Origin: Candidatus Limnocylindria bacterium
GTDB lineage: Bacteria; Chloroflexota; Limnocylindria; P2-11E
Reading direction: 5' to 3'
Length of the DNA stretch: 64,000 nucleotides
Assembly (NCBI GenBank): GCA_038207785.1
Contig: JBBQZK010000004.1
Coordinates: 3,095-67,094 of the forward strand
Positions 56,164 through 64,000 of this stretch are shown here, one piece after another. Position 1 is the first letter of the stretch, and every line of letters begins with the position of its first letter. The notes under the pieces were generated by a model, which was not told the origin of the DNA, searched no databases, and worked only from the letters and a program-made list of their open reading frames with translations. Both the position numbers and the translations under genes were made by a program.

Positions 56164-56637
56164 GTGCGGCCGAGTCCGGAGCTCGCGCGCCTCGCGTCGT
56201 CGCTTCGCGCGAAGCTCGGGGAGCGCGCCCGCGTCTCGACCCTGCACGACATGATCGTCATCGACGTCGATCGAGATCGGCTCGTGGAGGTCGCGACCCT
56301 CGTGCGCGACGACGAGCTGACGAAGTGCGATCTCTATTCGACGAATGCCGGGGTCGACACGGGCGCGGAGCTGCGGTCGGTCACGTTCGTGCGCGGCACG
56401 ACGACGCACGCGTTCGTGATGCTGCGCAGCATGTGCCCGGAGATGGACCCGCGGATCCCCACGCTCTCGACCGTGTGGCCCGGTGCGAACTGGTGCGAGC
56501 GTGAGACGTACGACATGTTCGGCATCACCTTCGATGGCCATCCCGATCTGCGGCGCATTTTCCTCGAAGAGTCGTTCCCCGGACACCCGCTGCGGAAGAG
56601 CTTCCTGCCACCGCGCAGCGACGCGCGCGGAGGCTGA
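56164..56637 (+). CDS. nuoC: NADH-quinone oxidoreductase subunit C (30-kDa subunit, short form)
   Basis: GTG 5 nt after the nuoA stop. NuoC signature [41 protein letters not shown]. No nuoB ORF lies between nuoA and nuoC. Confidence 0.75.
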   Translation: MRPSPELARLASSLRAKLGERARVSTLHDMIVIDVDRDRLVEVATLVRDDELTKCDLYSTNAGVDTGAELRSVTFVRGTTTHAFVMLRSMCPEMDPRIPTLSTVWPGANWCERETYDMFGITFDGHPDLRRIFLEESFPGHPLRKSFLPPRSDARGG

Positions 56638-56640
56638 GCG

Positions 56641-57792
56641 ATGCCCGTCGGACCGTTCGGGATCGATCCGGTCGTCTGGGCCGTGCTGCGCCTCGTCATC
56701 GCGGTCGGCCTGGCCGTCTTCCTCGTCCTCAACGGGGCCCTCGCGCAGATCTTCCTCGAGCGCAAGATCCAGGCGGTCATGCAGGACCGCGTCGGCCCGT
56801 ACCACACGGGGCCGTTCGGACTCCTGCAAACGTTTGCCGACGCCATCAAATTGCTCGCAAAAGAGGACATCCGCGCGAAGCTGACGGACGCGCCGTTCTT
56901 TCTCGCGGCGCCGGCCATCGTCTTCAGCCCGATGCTCGCTTCGTTCGTGGTGCTGCCGTTCGGGCCCGACTTCGTCGGCGCGAACCTCAACGTCGGCCTC
57001 CTCTATCTGACGACGCTCGGCTCGATGACGGTGCTGGGCATCGTGATCGCGGGGTGGGCCTCGAACAACAAGTACTCGCTCATGGGTGGCCTTCGTTCGG
57101 CAGGCCAGCTCATCTCCTATGAGGTGCCGCAGATCCTCGCCCTGGTCACCGTGGTCCTCTACGTGGGGTCGCTATCGATGGTCGACATCACCAATTCGCA
57201 GCCCGGCGCGCTCGTGAACGTGCTCATCCTGCCGATGGCGTTCGTGACGTACCTCATCGCCGCTCTCGCCGAGACCAACCGCAACCCCTTCGACCTCCCC
57301 GAGGCGGAGTCCGAGCTGGTCGCCGGGTTCCTCACCGAGTACTCCGGCATGCGCTGGGGCATCTTCTTCCTCGCCGAGTACGGCGAGGTCACGGTCGTCT
57401 CGGCGATCATGGCCACGCTCTGGTTCGGCGGATGGCATGGCCCCGGCGTCGACGCGATCCCGATCCTCGGGGTCCTCTGGTTCACCCTCAAGACATATGG
57501 GTTCGTGGTCCTGTTCATGTGGATCCGCGCGACGCTGCCGCGCCTCCGCATCGATCAGCTCATGGGCTTCTGCTGGAAGGTGCTCATCCCGCTCGCGCTG
57601 GTCAACATCATGGCATCGGCTGTGATCATCCTGGCCTTCGCCGATCCGCGTCTCCCGCTCGCCGTCGTCAACTGGCTGCTCGTCGGCCTGCTGGTCATCG
57701 GCCTGCCGTTCACGCAGCGCCGCCGGCTGCTGCGGTTCCGGTCGCGAACGCGCGAGAACGTCGCCATGCGCGACGTGCGTCTCTCGCCGTAG
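56641..57792 (+). CDS. nuoH: NADH-quinone oxidoreductase subunit H
   Basis: 383 aa with 8 TM helices and ND1 motifs (RVGPYHTGPFGLLQTFADAIKLL, EYSGMRWGIFFLAEY). Confidence 0.9.
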   Translation: MPVGPFGIDPVVWAVLRLVIAVGLAVFLVLNGALAQIFLERKIQAVMQDRVGPYHTGPFGLLQTFADAIKLLAKEDIRAKLTDAPFFLAAPAIVFSPMLASFVVLPFGPDFVGANLNVGLLYLTTLGSMTVLGIVIAGWASNNKYSLMGGLRSAGQLISYEVPQILALVTVVLYVGSLSMVDITNSQPGALVNVLILPMAFVTYLIAALAETNRNPFDLPEAESELVAGFLTEYSGMRWGIFFLAEYGEVTVVSAIMATLWFGGWHGPGVDAIPILGVLWFTLKTYGFVVLFMWIRATLPRLRIDQLMGFCWKVLIPLALVNIMASAVIILAFADPRLPLAVVNWLLVGLLVIGLPFTQRRRLLRFRSRTRENVAMRDVRLSP

Positions 57793-57794
57793 TC

Positions 57795-58292
57795 GTGGAC
57801 TTCCTCGAGCCCGTCTTTTTCGCGCTGTTCGCCCTGGGGATCATCGGGGCGGGTCTGTGCGTCGTCGTGCTGCGCCGGATCACGGCGCAGGCCTTGCTCA
57901 TGGCCCTGACGTTCGCGTGCATGGCCGGCATGTTCCTGCTGCTCGGCGCGGAGACGATCGCGCTCTTCCAGGTGCTCATCTACGTCGGTGCGATCACGAT
58001 CCTCATCCTGTTCGGTGTGATGTTCACCAAGCAGGAGGAGCGCGCCTACGGGCTCTTCTTCCAGGAGCAGACCCGCTGGGCCGCTGCGTTCGTCCTGCTC
58101 ATCGGCCTGCCGGTCGCATACCTCGCGTTGTCATTCGCGGATCCGCTCACGCCATCGGCGAAAGGCGGCGACCTCATCCCGCTCGCGGCGAGCCTGTTCA
58201 CCGACTACGCCTTTCCCTTCGAGGTCGCGTCGGTCCTCCTGCTCGCGGCGCTGGTCGGCGCGATCGTCCTCGTGAAGCGGGACGAGCAGTGA
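57795..58292 (+). CDS. nuoJ: NADH-quinone oxidoreductase subunit J
   Basis: GTG 3 nt after the nuoH stop. It is ND6-like with a pi-bulge helix region (FLLLGAETIALFQVLIYVGAITILILFGVM). No nuoI lies between nuoH and nuoJ. Confidence 0.85.
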   Translation: MDFLEPVFFALFALGIIGAGLCVVVLRRITAQALLMALTFACMAGMFLLLGAETIALFQVLIYVGAITILILFGVMFTKQEERAYGLFFQEQTRWAAAFVLLIGLPVAYLALSFADPLTPSAKGGDLIPLAASLFTDYAFPFEVASVLLLAALVGAIVLVKRDEQ

Positions 58293-58618
58293 CCGTCCCG
58301 CTCGGCGCGTTCATCGCCGTCTCGGCGGCGCTGTTCTTCATCGGGACCGCGGGCGTCCTCGTGCGCCGGAACGCTGTCGTCATCCTCATGTGCGTCGAGC
58401 TCATGCTGAACGCGAGCAACCTCGCGCTCGTCGCCTTCTCCCGGCGGGCCGGGCAGCTCGGCGCGGGCAATCCACTGGATCAGCGCGGCAGCGTCTTCGT
58501 GGTGTTCGTCTTCGTCATTGCCGCGGCCGAGGTCGCGGTCGGACTCGCGATCATCCTCGCGTCGTATCGCAATCGCCCGACCGTGAACGTCGATGATCTC
58601 CACGAGATGAAGGGATGA
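58289..58618 (+). CDS. nuoK: NADH-quinone oxidoreductase subunit K
   Basis: 109 aa, ND4L-like (VLMCVELMLNASNLALVAF). GTGA overlap with nuoJ. Confidence 0.85.
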   Translation: MTVPLGAFIAVSAALFFIGTAGVLVRRNAVVILMCVELMLNASNLALVAFSRRAGQLGAGNPLDQRGSVFVVFVFVIAAAEVAVGLAIILASYRNRPTVNVDDLHEMKG

Positions 58619-60534
58619 TCCAGAACGTCTGGCTGATCCCGGCCTTCCCGCTGGCGGCGTTCCTCGTGAACGCGCTGTTCGGGAGGCGCTGGCTCGGCCG
58701 GTGGACCGGCCCGCTCGCCTCCGCCGCGATCGCGGCGTCCGCGCTCATGTCGATCGCGGTGTTCCTGGAGGTACGCGCGGGAGCCGAGCGAACGATCGTC
58801 CCGCTCTACACGTTCATCAGCGTCGGCGACTTCCACGTCGACGTCGCGGCGCAGGTCGACCCGCTGTCGTCGGCCATGCTTCTGGTGGTCACGATCGTGT
58901 CGCTCCTCGTCCACGTGTATTCGATCGGCTACATGGCCCACGACCACGGGTTCTGGCGGTTCTTCACGTGGCTGCCGCTCTTCGTGTTCGCGATGCTCAT
59001 CCTCGTCCTCGGCGACAACTACCTCGTCATGTTCGTCGGGTGGGAGGGCGTCGGAGTCTGCAGCTACCTGCTCATCGGCTTCTGGTTCGAGCGCCCCGAG
59101 CCGGCCGGCGCCGCGAAGAAGGCCTTCGTGATGAACCGGATCGGGGACTGGGGCTTCATGATCGGCATGATCACGACGTTCCTCGTCTTCGGCTCGATGA
59201 ATTTCGTCGACGTCTTCGAGCGCGTCGCGAAGGATCCGCCCGCGCAGGGGGTCCTGGCGCTCATCGGCCTCGCGTTCTTCCTCGGCGCGACCGGCAAGTC
59301 GGCCCAGCTCCCGCTGTACTCGTGGCTCCCCGACGCGATGGAGGGTCCGACCCCCGTGTCCGCCCTCATCCATGCGGCGACCATGGTGACCGCCGGCGTG
59401 TACCTCGTCGCACGGTCGACGCCGTTGTTCGCGGCCGCCGGCCCCGTGCTCGCCGTCGTCGGCGCAGTCGGTGCGCTCACCGCGATCTTCGCCGCGACCA
59501 TCGCGCTCGTCCAGTTCGACATCAAGCGGGTCATGGCGTACTCGACGGTGTCGCAGCTCGGATACATGTTCCTGGCCCTCGGCGTGGGCGCGCCGATCGC
59601 CGCCATGTTCCACCTCATCACGCACGCGTTCTTCAAGGCGCTGCTCTTCCTTGGCTCGGGCTCCGTCATCCACGGCGTCGGCAACGTGCAGGACATGCGT
59701 CAGATGGGCGGCCTCCGATCGAAGATGCCGCTGACGTACTGGACGATGGTCATCGCGGGCGGCGCGCTCGCGGCGCTGCCGCCGCTCGCCGGGTTCTGGT
59801 CGAAGGACGAGATCCTCGGCTCGGCGTTCAAGAACGGGTACCCGATCCTCTGGGTCGTCGGCGTCTTCACCGGCGGGCTGACGGCCTTCTACGTGACCCG
59901 CGCGATCTGGCTCACCTTTCACGGCCAGCCACGCGACCGTCACCTGTTCGAGCATGCGCACGAGTCGCCGCGGGTCATGACCGTGCCGCTCCTGGCGCTG
60001 GCCGCGGGAAGCGTGCTGGTCGGCTTCATCGGCTTCCCCCCGGACAACGGCCTGATCCACGCGTTCCTCGGCCCGGTCGTCGAGTCCGCGAAGGACGACC
60101 AGATCCGGCCGATCCTCGCGGGTACGAACTGGGCCGAGTTCCTCCTGCTCGCGGCGATCTCGACGGCCGTCGGCATCGGCGGGATCCTCATCGGCCTGTC
60201 CATGTACTCGCGCGGCCGGCCCGAACCGGCTGCGGTATCGCGCGCCGCCGGCCCGTACTACGACGTGCTCGTGAACAAGTACTACGTCGACGAGCTGTAC
60301 GACCGCCGGCTCGTCGATGTGGGGAAGGCGTTCGCCGGCGCGGCGTGGGCCTTCGACATCCACATCATCGACGGCCTCGTGAACCGGCTGGGCTGGGCCA
60401 TCAAGCTCGGCGGCGGCGGCCTGCGCCGTGCGCAGACGGGCGTCGTCGGGAACTACGCCCTCTCGATCGTCGCCGGCCTGCTCGTGATCATGGTCGTGTA
60501 CGGCGGCTACGCGACGGGCTGGCTGCACCGCTGA
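58615..60534 (+). CDS. nuoL: NADH-quinone oxidoreductase subunit L
   Basis: 639 aa antiporter-like subunit with a long C-terminal horizontal helix. ND5 motifs are present (GWEGVGVCSYLLIGFWF, SALIHAATMVTAGVYLV). Confidence 0.9.
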   Translation: MIQNVWLIPAFPLAAFLVNALFGRRWLGRWTGPLASAAIAASALMSIAVFLEVRAGAERTIVPLYTFISVGDFHVDVAAQVDPLSSAMLLVVTIVSLLVHVYSIGYMAHDHGFWRFFTWLPLFVFAMLILVLGDNYLVMFVGWEGVGVCSYLLIGFWFERPEPAGAAKKAFVMNRIGDWGFMIGMITTFLVFGSMNFVDVFERVAKDPPAQGVLALIGLAFFLGATGKSAQLPLYSWLPDAMEGPTPVSALIHAATMVTAGVYLVARSTPLFAAAGPVLAVVGAVGALTAIFAATIALVQFDIKRVMAYSTVSQLGYMFLALGVGAPIAAMFHLITHAFFKALLFLGSGSVIHGVGNVQDMRQMGGLRSKMPLTYWTMVIAGGALAALPPLAGFWSKDEILGSAFKNGYPILWVVGVFTGGLTAFYVTRAIWLTFHGQPRDRHLFEHAHESPRVMTVPLLALAAGSVLVGFIGFPPDNGLIHAFLGPVVESAKDDQIRPILAGTNWAEFLLLAAISTAVGIGGILIGLSMYSRGRPEPAAVSRAAGPYYDVLVNKYYVDELYDRRLVDVGKAFAGAAWAFDIHIIDGLVNRLGWAIKLGGGGLRRAQTGVVGNYALSIVAGLLVIMVVYGGYATGWLHR

Positions 60535-62054
60535 TGGACACGCTCCTGACCCTGCTCATCGTCATCCCGATCGCCGGGATCGTCCCGCTCATCGTGTTCT
60601 TCCGCGATCAGCGTGCGGTGAAGCAGGTCGCGGTCGTCACCACGTTCATCGAGCTCCTCGTGTCACTCGTGATGCTCGCGCAGTTCCACGTCGGCGAGGC
60701 CGGGTTCCAGATGACCGAGTCGCACGCCTGGCTGCCGAGCTTCGGCATCCGCTACGAGCTCGGCGTGGATGGCATCTCCGTGCTGCTCATCCCGATGACG
60801 ACGCTGCTCACGTTCATCTCGGTGCTGTATTCGACCGGCGGGGCCATCAAGCAGCGCATCGGCGAATTCATGATCGTGTTCCTGCTCCTCGAGGTCGGCA
60901 TGGTCGGTGTGTTCATGGCCCTCGATCTGTTCCTGTTCTACGTGTTCTTCGAGCTGATGCTCGTGCCGATGTATCTGATCATCGGCATCTGGGGCGGCCC
61001 GCGGCGGGTGTACGCGACGCTCAAGTTCGTCCTCTTCACGCTCGCCGGGTCGCTCCTCATGCTCGTTGGCATCATCGCCGTGTATCTGCAGAGCGGCCCT
61101 CCGGGCAACCGCACCCTTTCGCTGCCCGACCTCCTCGACCGGTCCGGGCGCTTTCCACCGGAGTTCCAGTTCTGGGTCTTCCTCGCGTTCGCGCTCGCGT
61201 TCGCGATCAAGATGCCGATGGTCCCCTTCCACACCTGGCTGCCGGACGCCCATGTGGAGGCCCCGACGGCGGGTTCGATCGTGCTCGCGGGTGTGCTGCT
61301 GAAGGCCGGCGGGTACGGCTTCCTGCGCTTCGCGGTGCCGCTGTTCCCCGTCGGGACGCAGGCCTGGCTGCCGATCCTCATCCTGTTGTCGGTCGTCGCG
61401 ATCCTGTACGGGGCGATCGTCTCGGTCGTCCAGAAGGACCTGAAGAAGCTCGTGGCGTATTCATCGGTGGCCCACATGGGGTTCGTCACGCTCGGCATCT
61501 TCGTGCTCAACCAGCAGGGCGGCGTCGGCGCCGTGCTGCAGATGCTCAACCACGGCTTCGTCACGGGCGCGCTATTCCTCTTCGTCGGCATCCAGTACGA
61601 AAAGACCCATCGCCGCCAGATCGCGGACCTCGGTGGCCTCGCGAACACCTGGCCGTTGTTCACCGCGTTCTTCGGTGTCTTCACGCTCGCTTCGCTCGGG
61701 CTGCCCGGGCTCAGCGGCTTCGTCGGCGAGTTCCTCGTCCTGCTCGGCACGTTCAAGTTCAACCCGCCCGGCGGACCGGGCGGTCTGTTCTGGGGACCGC
61801 TCGCGGCGATCGGTGTGATCCTCGCCGCGGTCTACCTGCTCTGGATGTTCCAGCGCGTGATGTACGGCACGCTGCGCGAGGCCTACCGGGCCTTGCCTGA
61901 CCTCTCGCCGATCGAGGTCGTCTGCGCCGTGCCGCTGCTCCTGCTCACCGTCCTGCTCGGCGTCTTCCCGCAGCCGGCCATCGCGATCATCGAGCCGTCG
62001 GTGCAGCGTATCCTGGCCATCGCGGCCGGAGCGTCGCAGGTCGTCCTCAAGTGA
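60534..62054 (+). CDS. nuoM: NADH-quinone oxidoreductase subunit M
   Basis: ATG at 60534 overlaps the nuoL stop. 506 aa, ND4-like (HTWLPDAHVEAPTAGSIVLAGVLLK). Listed ORF 58701..62054 has an artefactual 5' extension. Confidence 0.9.
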   Translation: MDTLLTLLIVIPIAGIVPLIVFFRDQRAVKQVAVVTTFIELLVSLVMLAQFHVGEAGFQMTESHAWLPSFGIRYELGVDGISVLLIPMTTLLTFISVLYSTGGAIKQRIGEFMIVFLLLEVGMVGVFMALDLFLFYVFFELMLVPMYLIIGIWGGPRRVYATLKFVLFTLAGSLLMLVGIIAVYLQSGPPGNRTLSLPDLLDRSGRFPPEFQFWVFLAFALAFAIKMPMVPFHTWLPDAHVEAPTAGSIVLAGVLLKAGGYGFLRFAVPLFPVGTQAWLPILILLSVVAILYGAIVSVVQKDLKKLVAYSSVAHMGFVTLGIFVLNQQGGVGAVLQMLNHGFVTGALFLFVGIQYEKTHRRQIADLGGLANTWPLFTAFFGVFTLASLGLPGLSGFVGEFLVLLGTFKFNPPGGPGGLFWGPLAAIGVILAAVYLLWMFQRVMYGTLREAYRALPDLSPIEVVCAVPLLLLTVLLGVFPQPAIAIIEPSVQRILAIAAGASQVVLK

Positions 62055-63502
62055 CCATCGCCGACGTCGTGGCCGTCCTGCCAGAGGTCGCGGTGACCAC
62101 GACGGCGCTGCTCGTGCTCCTTGCGGATGCGGTCGTCGGCCGCAGGGCTGCCCGCACGTGGCTCCCTGTCCTCACGATCCTCGGCCTCGTCGTGGCGATC
62201 TTCGCGGGCCCGCGCACGGTCGCGAGCCACACGGCGTTCGGCGGCTTCGTCGTCATCGATACGTTCGCGACGTTCTTCCGGATCCTCTTCTGCATCCTCG
62301 CGATCTTCGCGACCGTGGTCGCGCCCGAGTACCTCGAGCGCCGCGCGATCCCGGCCGCCGAGTTCTACGCCACCGTGCTGTTCTCGACCGTCGGCGCGAT
62401 GACGATCGCCCTCTCGTCCGACCTCATCACGGTGTTCGTCGGCCTCGAGCTCATGACCATCCCGATCTACGTGCTCGCGGCCATGGCGCGTCGCGATCGC
62501 TACAGCAATGAGGCGGGGCTCAAGTACTTCCTGCTCGGCGCGTTCAGCTCCGCGATGCTGCTGTACGGCTTCGCCTGGCTCTACGGGCTCTCGGGCACGA
62601 CCACCTTCGCGGGCATCGCCAAGGCCATCAGCGCGGGCGGACTGACCAACGGTCCGACCCTCGTCGCGCTCGCGCTCGTGACGGTGGGGCTCGCGTTCAA
62701 GGCCGCGGTGGTGCCGTTCCATCAATGGACGCCCGATGCGTACGACGGCGCGCCGACGCCGGCCACCGCGTTCATGAGCGTGGCGCCCAAGGCCGCGGCC
62801 TTCGCCGCGATCCTCCGGATCATGCTCGGCACGCTCGGGCCGCTCGCGCTCGATTGGAGCGCGGTGTTCGCGGTGCTCGCCGCCATCACGATGACCGGCG
62901 GCAATGTCGTGGCGCTCGTGCAGGGGAACGTGAAGCGGATGCTGGCGTACTCGAGCATCGCGCACACCGGCTACATCCTCGCCGGCGTCGCCGCATATCA
63001 GGCCGGTACGTCGGCCTCCGCCGCGGTCCTCTTCTACGTGTTCGCGTACGGCGTCATGAATCTCGGCGCCTTCGCGTGCCTCATCTACCTCGACCTCGAG
63101 GGGACGCGCGGCGCGACGCTCGACGAGCTGAACGGCTTCGCCCGCCGGCAGCCGATCGGCGCCGTGGCCTTCGCGGTGTTCCTCATCTCGCTCACCGGGA
63201 TCCCGCCGACGATCGGCTTCGTCGCCAAGGTGTTCATCCTGCAGCCCGTCCTCGACGCGGGCCTCGTGTGGCTCGCGGTCGTGATCGCCCTGAACGCCGT
63301 CCTCGCGGCGTTCTATTACCTCCGGGTCGTGGTCCACATGTACATGTACGACGTCGATGCGAACGCGCCCCGGCTGCTGCACCCCAACCTGCTGTCCGCG
63401 GGCCTCGGCATCGCGGGGATCGCCGTCGTCTTCCTCGGGATCGTTCCCGACTTCCTGTACCGCTGGGCCCTGCAGGCCGCCGCGCCCTTCGTCCTCCGCT
63501 AG
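62051..63502 (+). CDS. nuoN: NADH-quinone oxidoreductase subunit N
   Basis: 483 aa, ND2-like (HQWTPDAYDGAPTPATAFMSVAPKAAAFA). GTGA overlap with nuoM. Confidence 0.9.
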   Translation: MTIADVVAVLPEVAVTTTALLVLLADAVVGRRAARTWLPVLTILGLVVAIFAGPRTVASHTAFGGFVVIDTFATFFRILFCILAIFATVVAPEYLERRAIPAAEFYATVLFSTVGAMTIALSSDLITVFVGLELMTIPIYVLAAMARRDRYSNEAGLKYFLLGAFSSAMLLYGFAWLYGLSGTTTFAGIAKAISAGGLTNGPTLVALALVTVGLAFKAAVVPFHQWTPDAYDGAPTPATAFMSVAPKAAAFAAILRIMLGTLGPLALDWSAVFAVLAAITMTGGNVVALVQGNVKRMLAYSSIAHTGYILAGVAAYQAGTSASAAVLFYVFAYGVMNLGAFACLIYLDLEGTRGATLDELNGFARRQPIGAVAFAVFLISLTGIPPTIGFVAKVFILQPVLDAGLVWLAVVIALNAVLAAFYYLRVVVHMYMYDVDANAPRLLHPNLLSAGLGIAGIAVVFLGIVPDFLYRWALQAAAPFVLR

Positions 63503-63510
63503 CCCCAGGA

Positions 63511-63891
63511 CTAGCCCCGGGACGGGAGCAGCCGCTCGCCGACCAGACCACCGATCGCGCCCAGTCCCGCGGCGATCGCCAGCGGCACGAGGATGGCGGG
63601 GAGCTCGAGCACGAGCAGGCTCCCGAAGCGTGACACCGGCTCGAAGGCCGGCGTGAACGCCTGGTGCATCTGGGTCGCGAGGATGCTGCCGAGGAACAGC
63701 GAGAACAACAGTGCGCACGGCGCCGCGACGGCGCCGAGGCGTCCGGCGATGACCCCCGCGCAGAGCAGGATCCCGACGCTGACGCCGAGGAGGATCACCG
63801 GCGGGACCGCCAGCGGCTCGGTGAGTCCCCACCAGAACGCGAGACCGATCGTCGTGGCGAGGACCGAGGCGAGCGTCCGGGCCATCGTCAT
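63511..63891 (-). CDS. Hypothetical small integral membrane protein (126 aa, 4 TM)
   Basis: Hydrophobic ORF convergent with nuoN. Its start overlaps (ATGA) the stop of a further upstream membrane-protein gene. Confidence 0.5.
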   Translation of the reverse strand: MTMARTLASVLATTIGLAFWWGLTEPLAVPPVILLGVSVGILLCAGVIAGRLGAVAAPCALLFSLFLGSILATQMHQAFTPAFEPVSRFGSLLVLELPAILVPLAIAAGLGAIGGLVGERLLPSRG

Positions 63892-64000
63892 GCGCGCGCC
63901 CGCACGAGCCGCGCACGGGCGAGGCCGCCGAGCTGACCCGCGATCGCCCCTCCGATCACGTACGGAACCATCGCGAACACGAGCTGCAGCTCGAAGCCCA
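63888..64000 (-). CDS. Hypothetical membrane protein (partial; N-terminus beyond window end)
   Basis: Open frame to the window end with a hydrophobic C-terminus (...GFELQLVFAMVPYVIGGAIAGQLGGLARARLVRARA*). Translationally coupled to the downstream 126-aa membrane protein. Confidence 0.35.
   Translation of the reverse strand, partial: GFELQLVFAMVPYVIGGAIAGQLGGLARARLVRARA

Noticed and set aside
58701-60533. 5' 611 codons of listed ORF 58701..62054 (1117 aa)
   Set aside because: They form an alternate frame overlapping nuoL and translate to Arg/Pro-rich sequence. NuoM begins at ATG 60534 (MDTLLTLLIVIPIAG).
63503-63540. Short tandem motif tagccccagga/ctagccccggga after nuoN
   Set aside because: Only two imperfect copies. 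Most likely a chance or weak terminator-like sequence rather than a repeat element.

Overview
A 64-kb, high-GC (about 70%) chromosomal segment with tightly packed genes, frequent GTG/TTG starts and GGAGG-type ribosome-binding sites, consistent with an Actinomycetota-like organism (inference). No rRNA genes, no CRISPR array and no transposase-type elements were seen; the only mobile elements are two inteins inside gyrA.

Gene content, left to right:
- A partial OppC/DppC-type ABC permease, a PMT/ArnT-like glycosyltransferase, a receiver+GAF protein, three MFS transporters, an EamA exporter and a MarR regulator coupled to a DHA2 efflux pump.
- Tag glycosylase and the cell-division block ftsE-ftsX-M23 peptidase-smpB.
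- A contiguous minus-strand unit parA-parB-gyrB-hotdog thioesterase-gyrA. gyrA is 1419 codons because it carries two inteins.
- plsY, an AI-2E transporter, mreD-mrdA-rodA, tRNA-Ala(GGC), leuS, comEA-comEC-holA, transaldolase and pyrG.
- A non-homologous end-joining island: Ku, a stand-alone ATP-dependent ligase, DUF1232, DUF885 and a three-domain LigD.
- A ParE/Phd toxin-antitoxin pair, aldehyde dehydrogenase, tRNA-Ala(CGC), a sensor protein with a decapitated kinase domain, rsfS-nadD-obgE, a LysM/M23 peptidase and a partial respiratory complex I operon (nuoA, C, H, J, K, L, M, N only).

Most noteworthy findings:
1. GyrA is interrupted by two inteins only 12 residues apart: a mini-intein at an apparently unusual GNFG/S site, and a homing-endonuclease intein at the classic Tyr/Thr site.
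2. The nuo cluster lacks every peripheral-arm gene (nuoB, D, E, F, G, I).
3. obgE is preceded by a Cys-motif, radical-SAM-like protein instead of rplU-rpmA.
4. A roughly 350-nt non-coding region with a strong terminator lies just upstream of smpB, where ssrA might be expected, but it has no tmRNA features.

Caveats: start codons were chosen by homology and RBS inspection. Features defined only from reading the raw text (tRNAs, terminators, the parS-like site, the small peptide) may be off by 1-2 nt.
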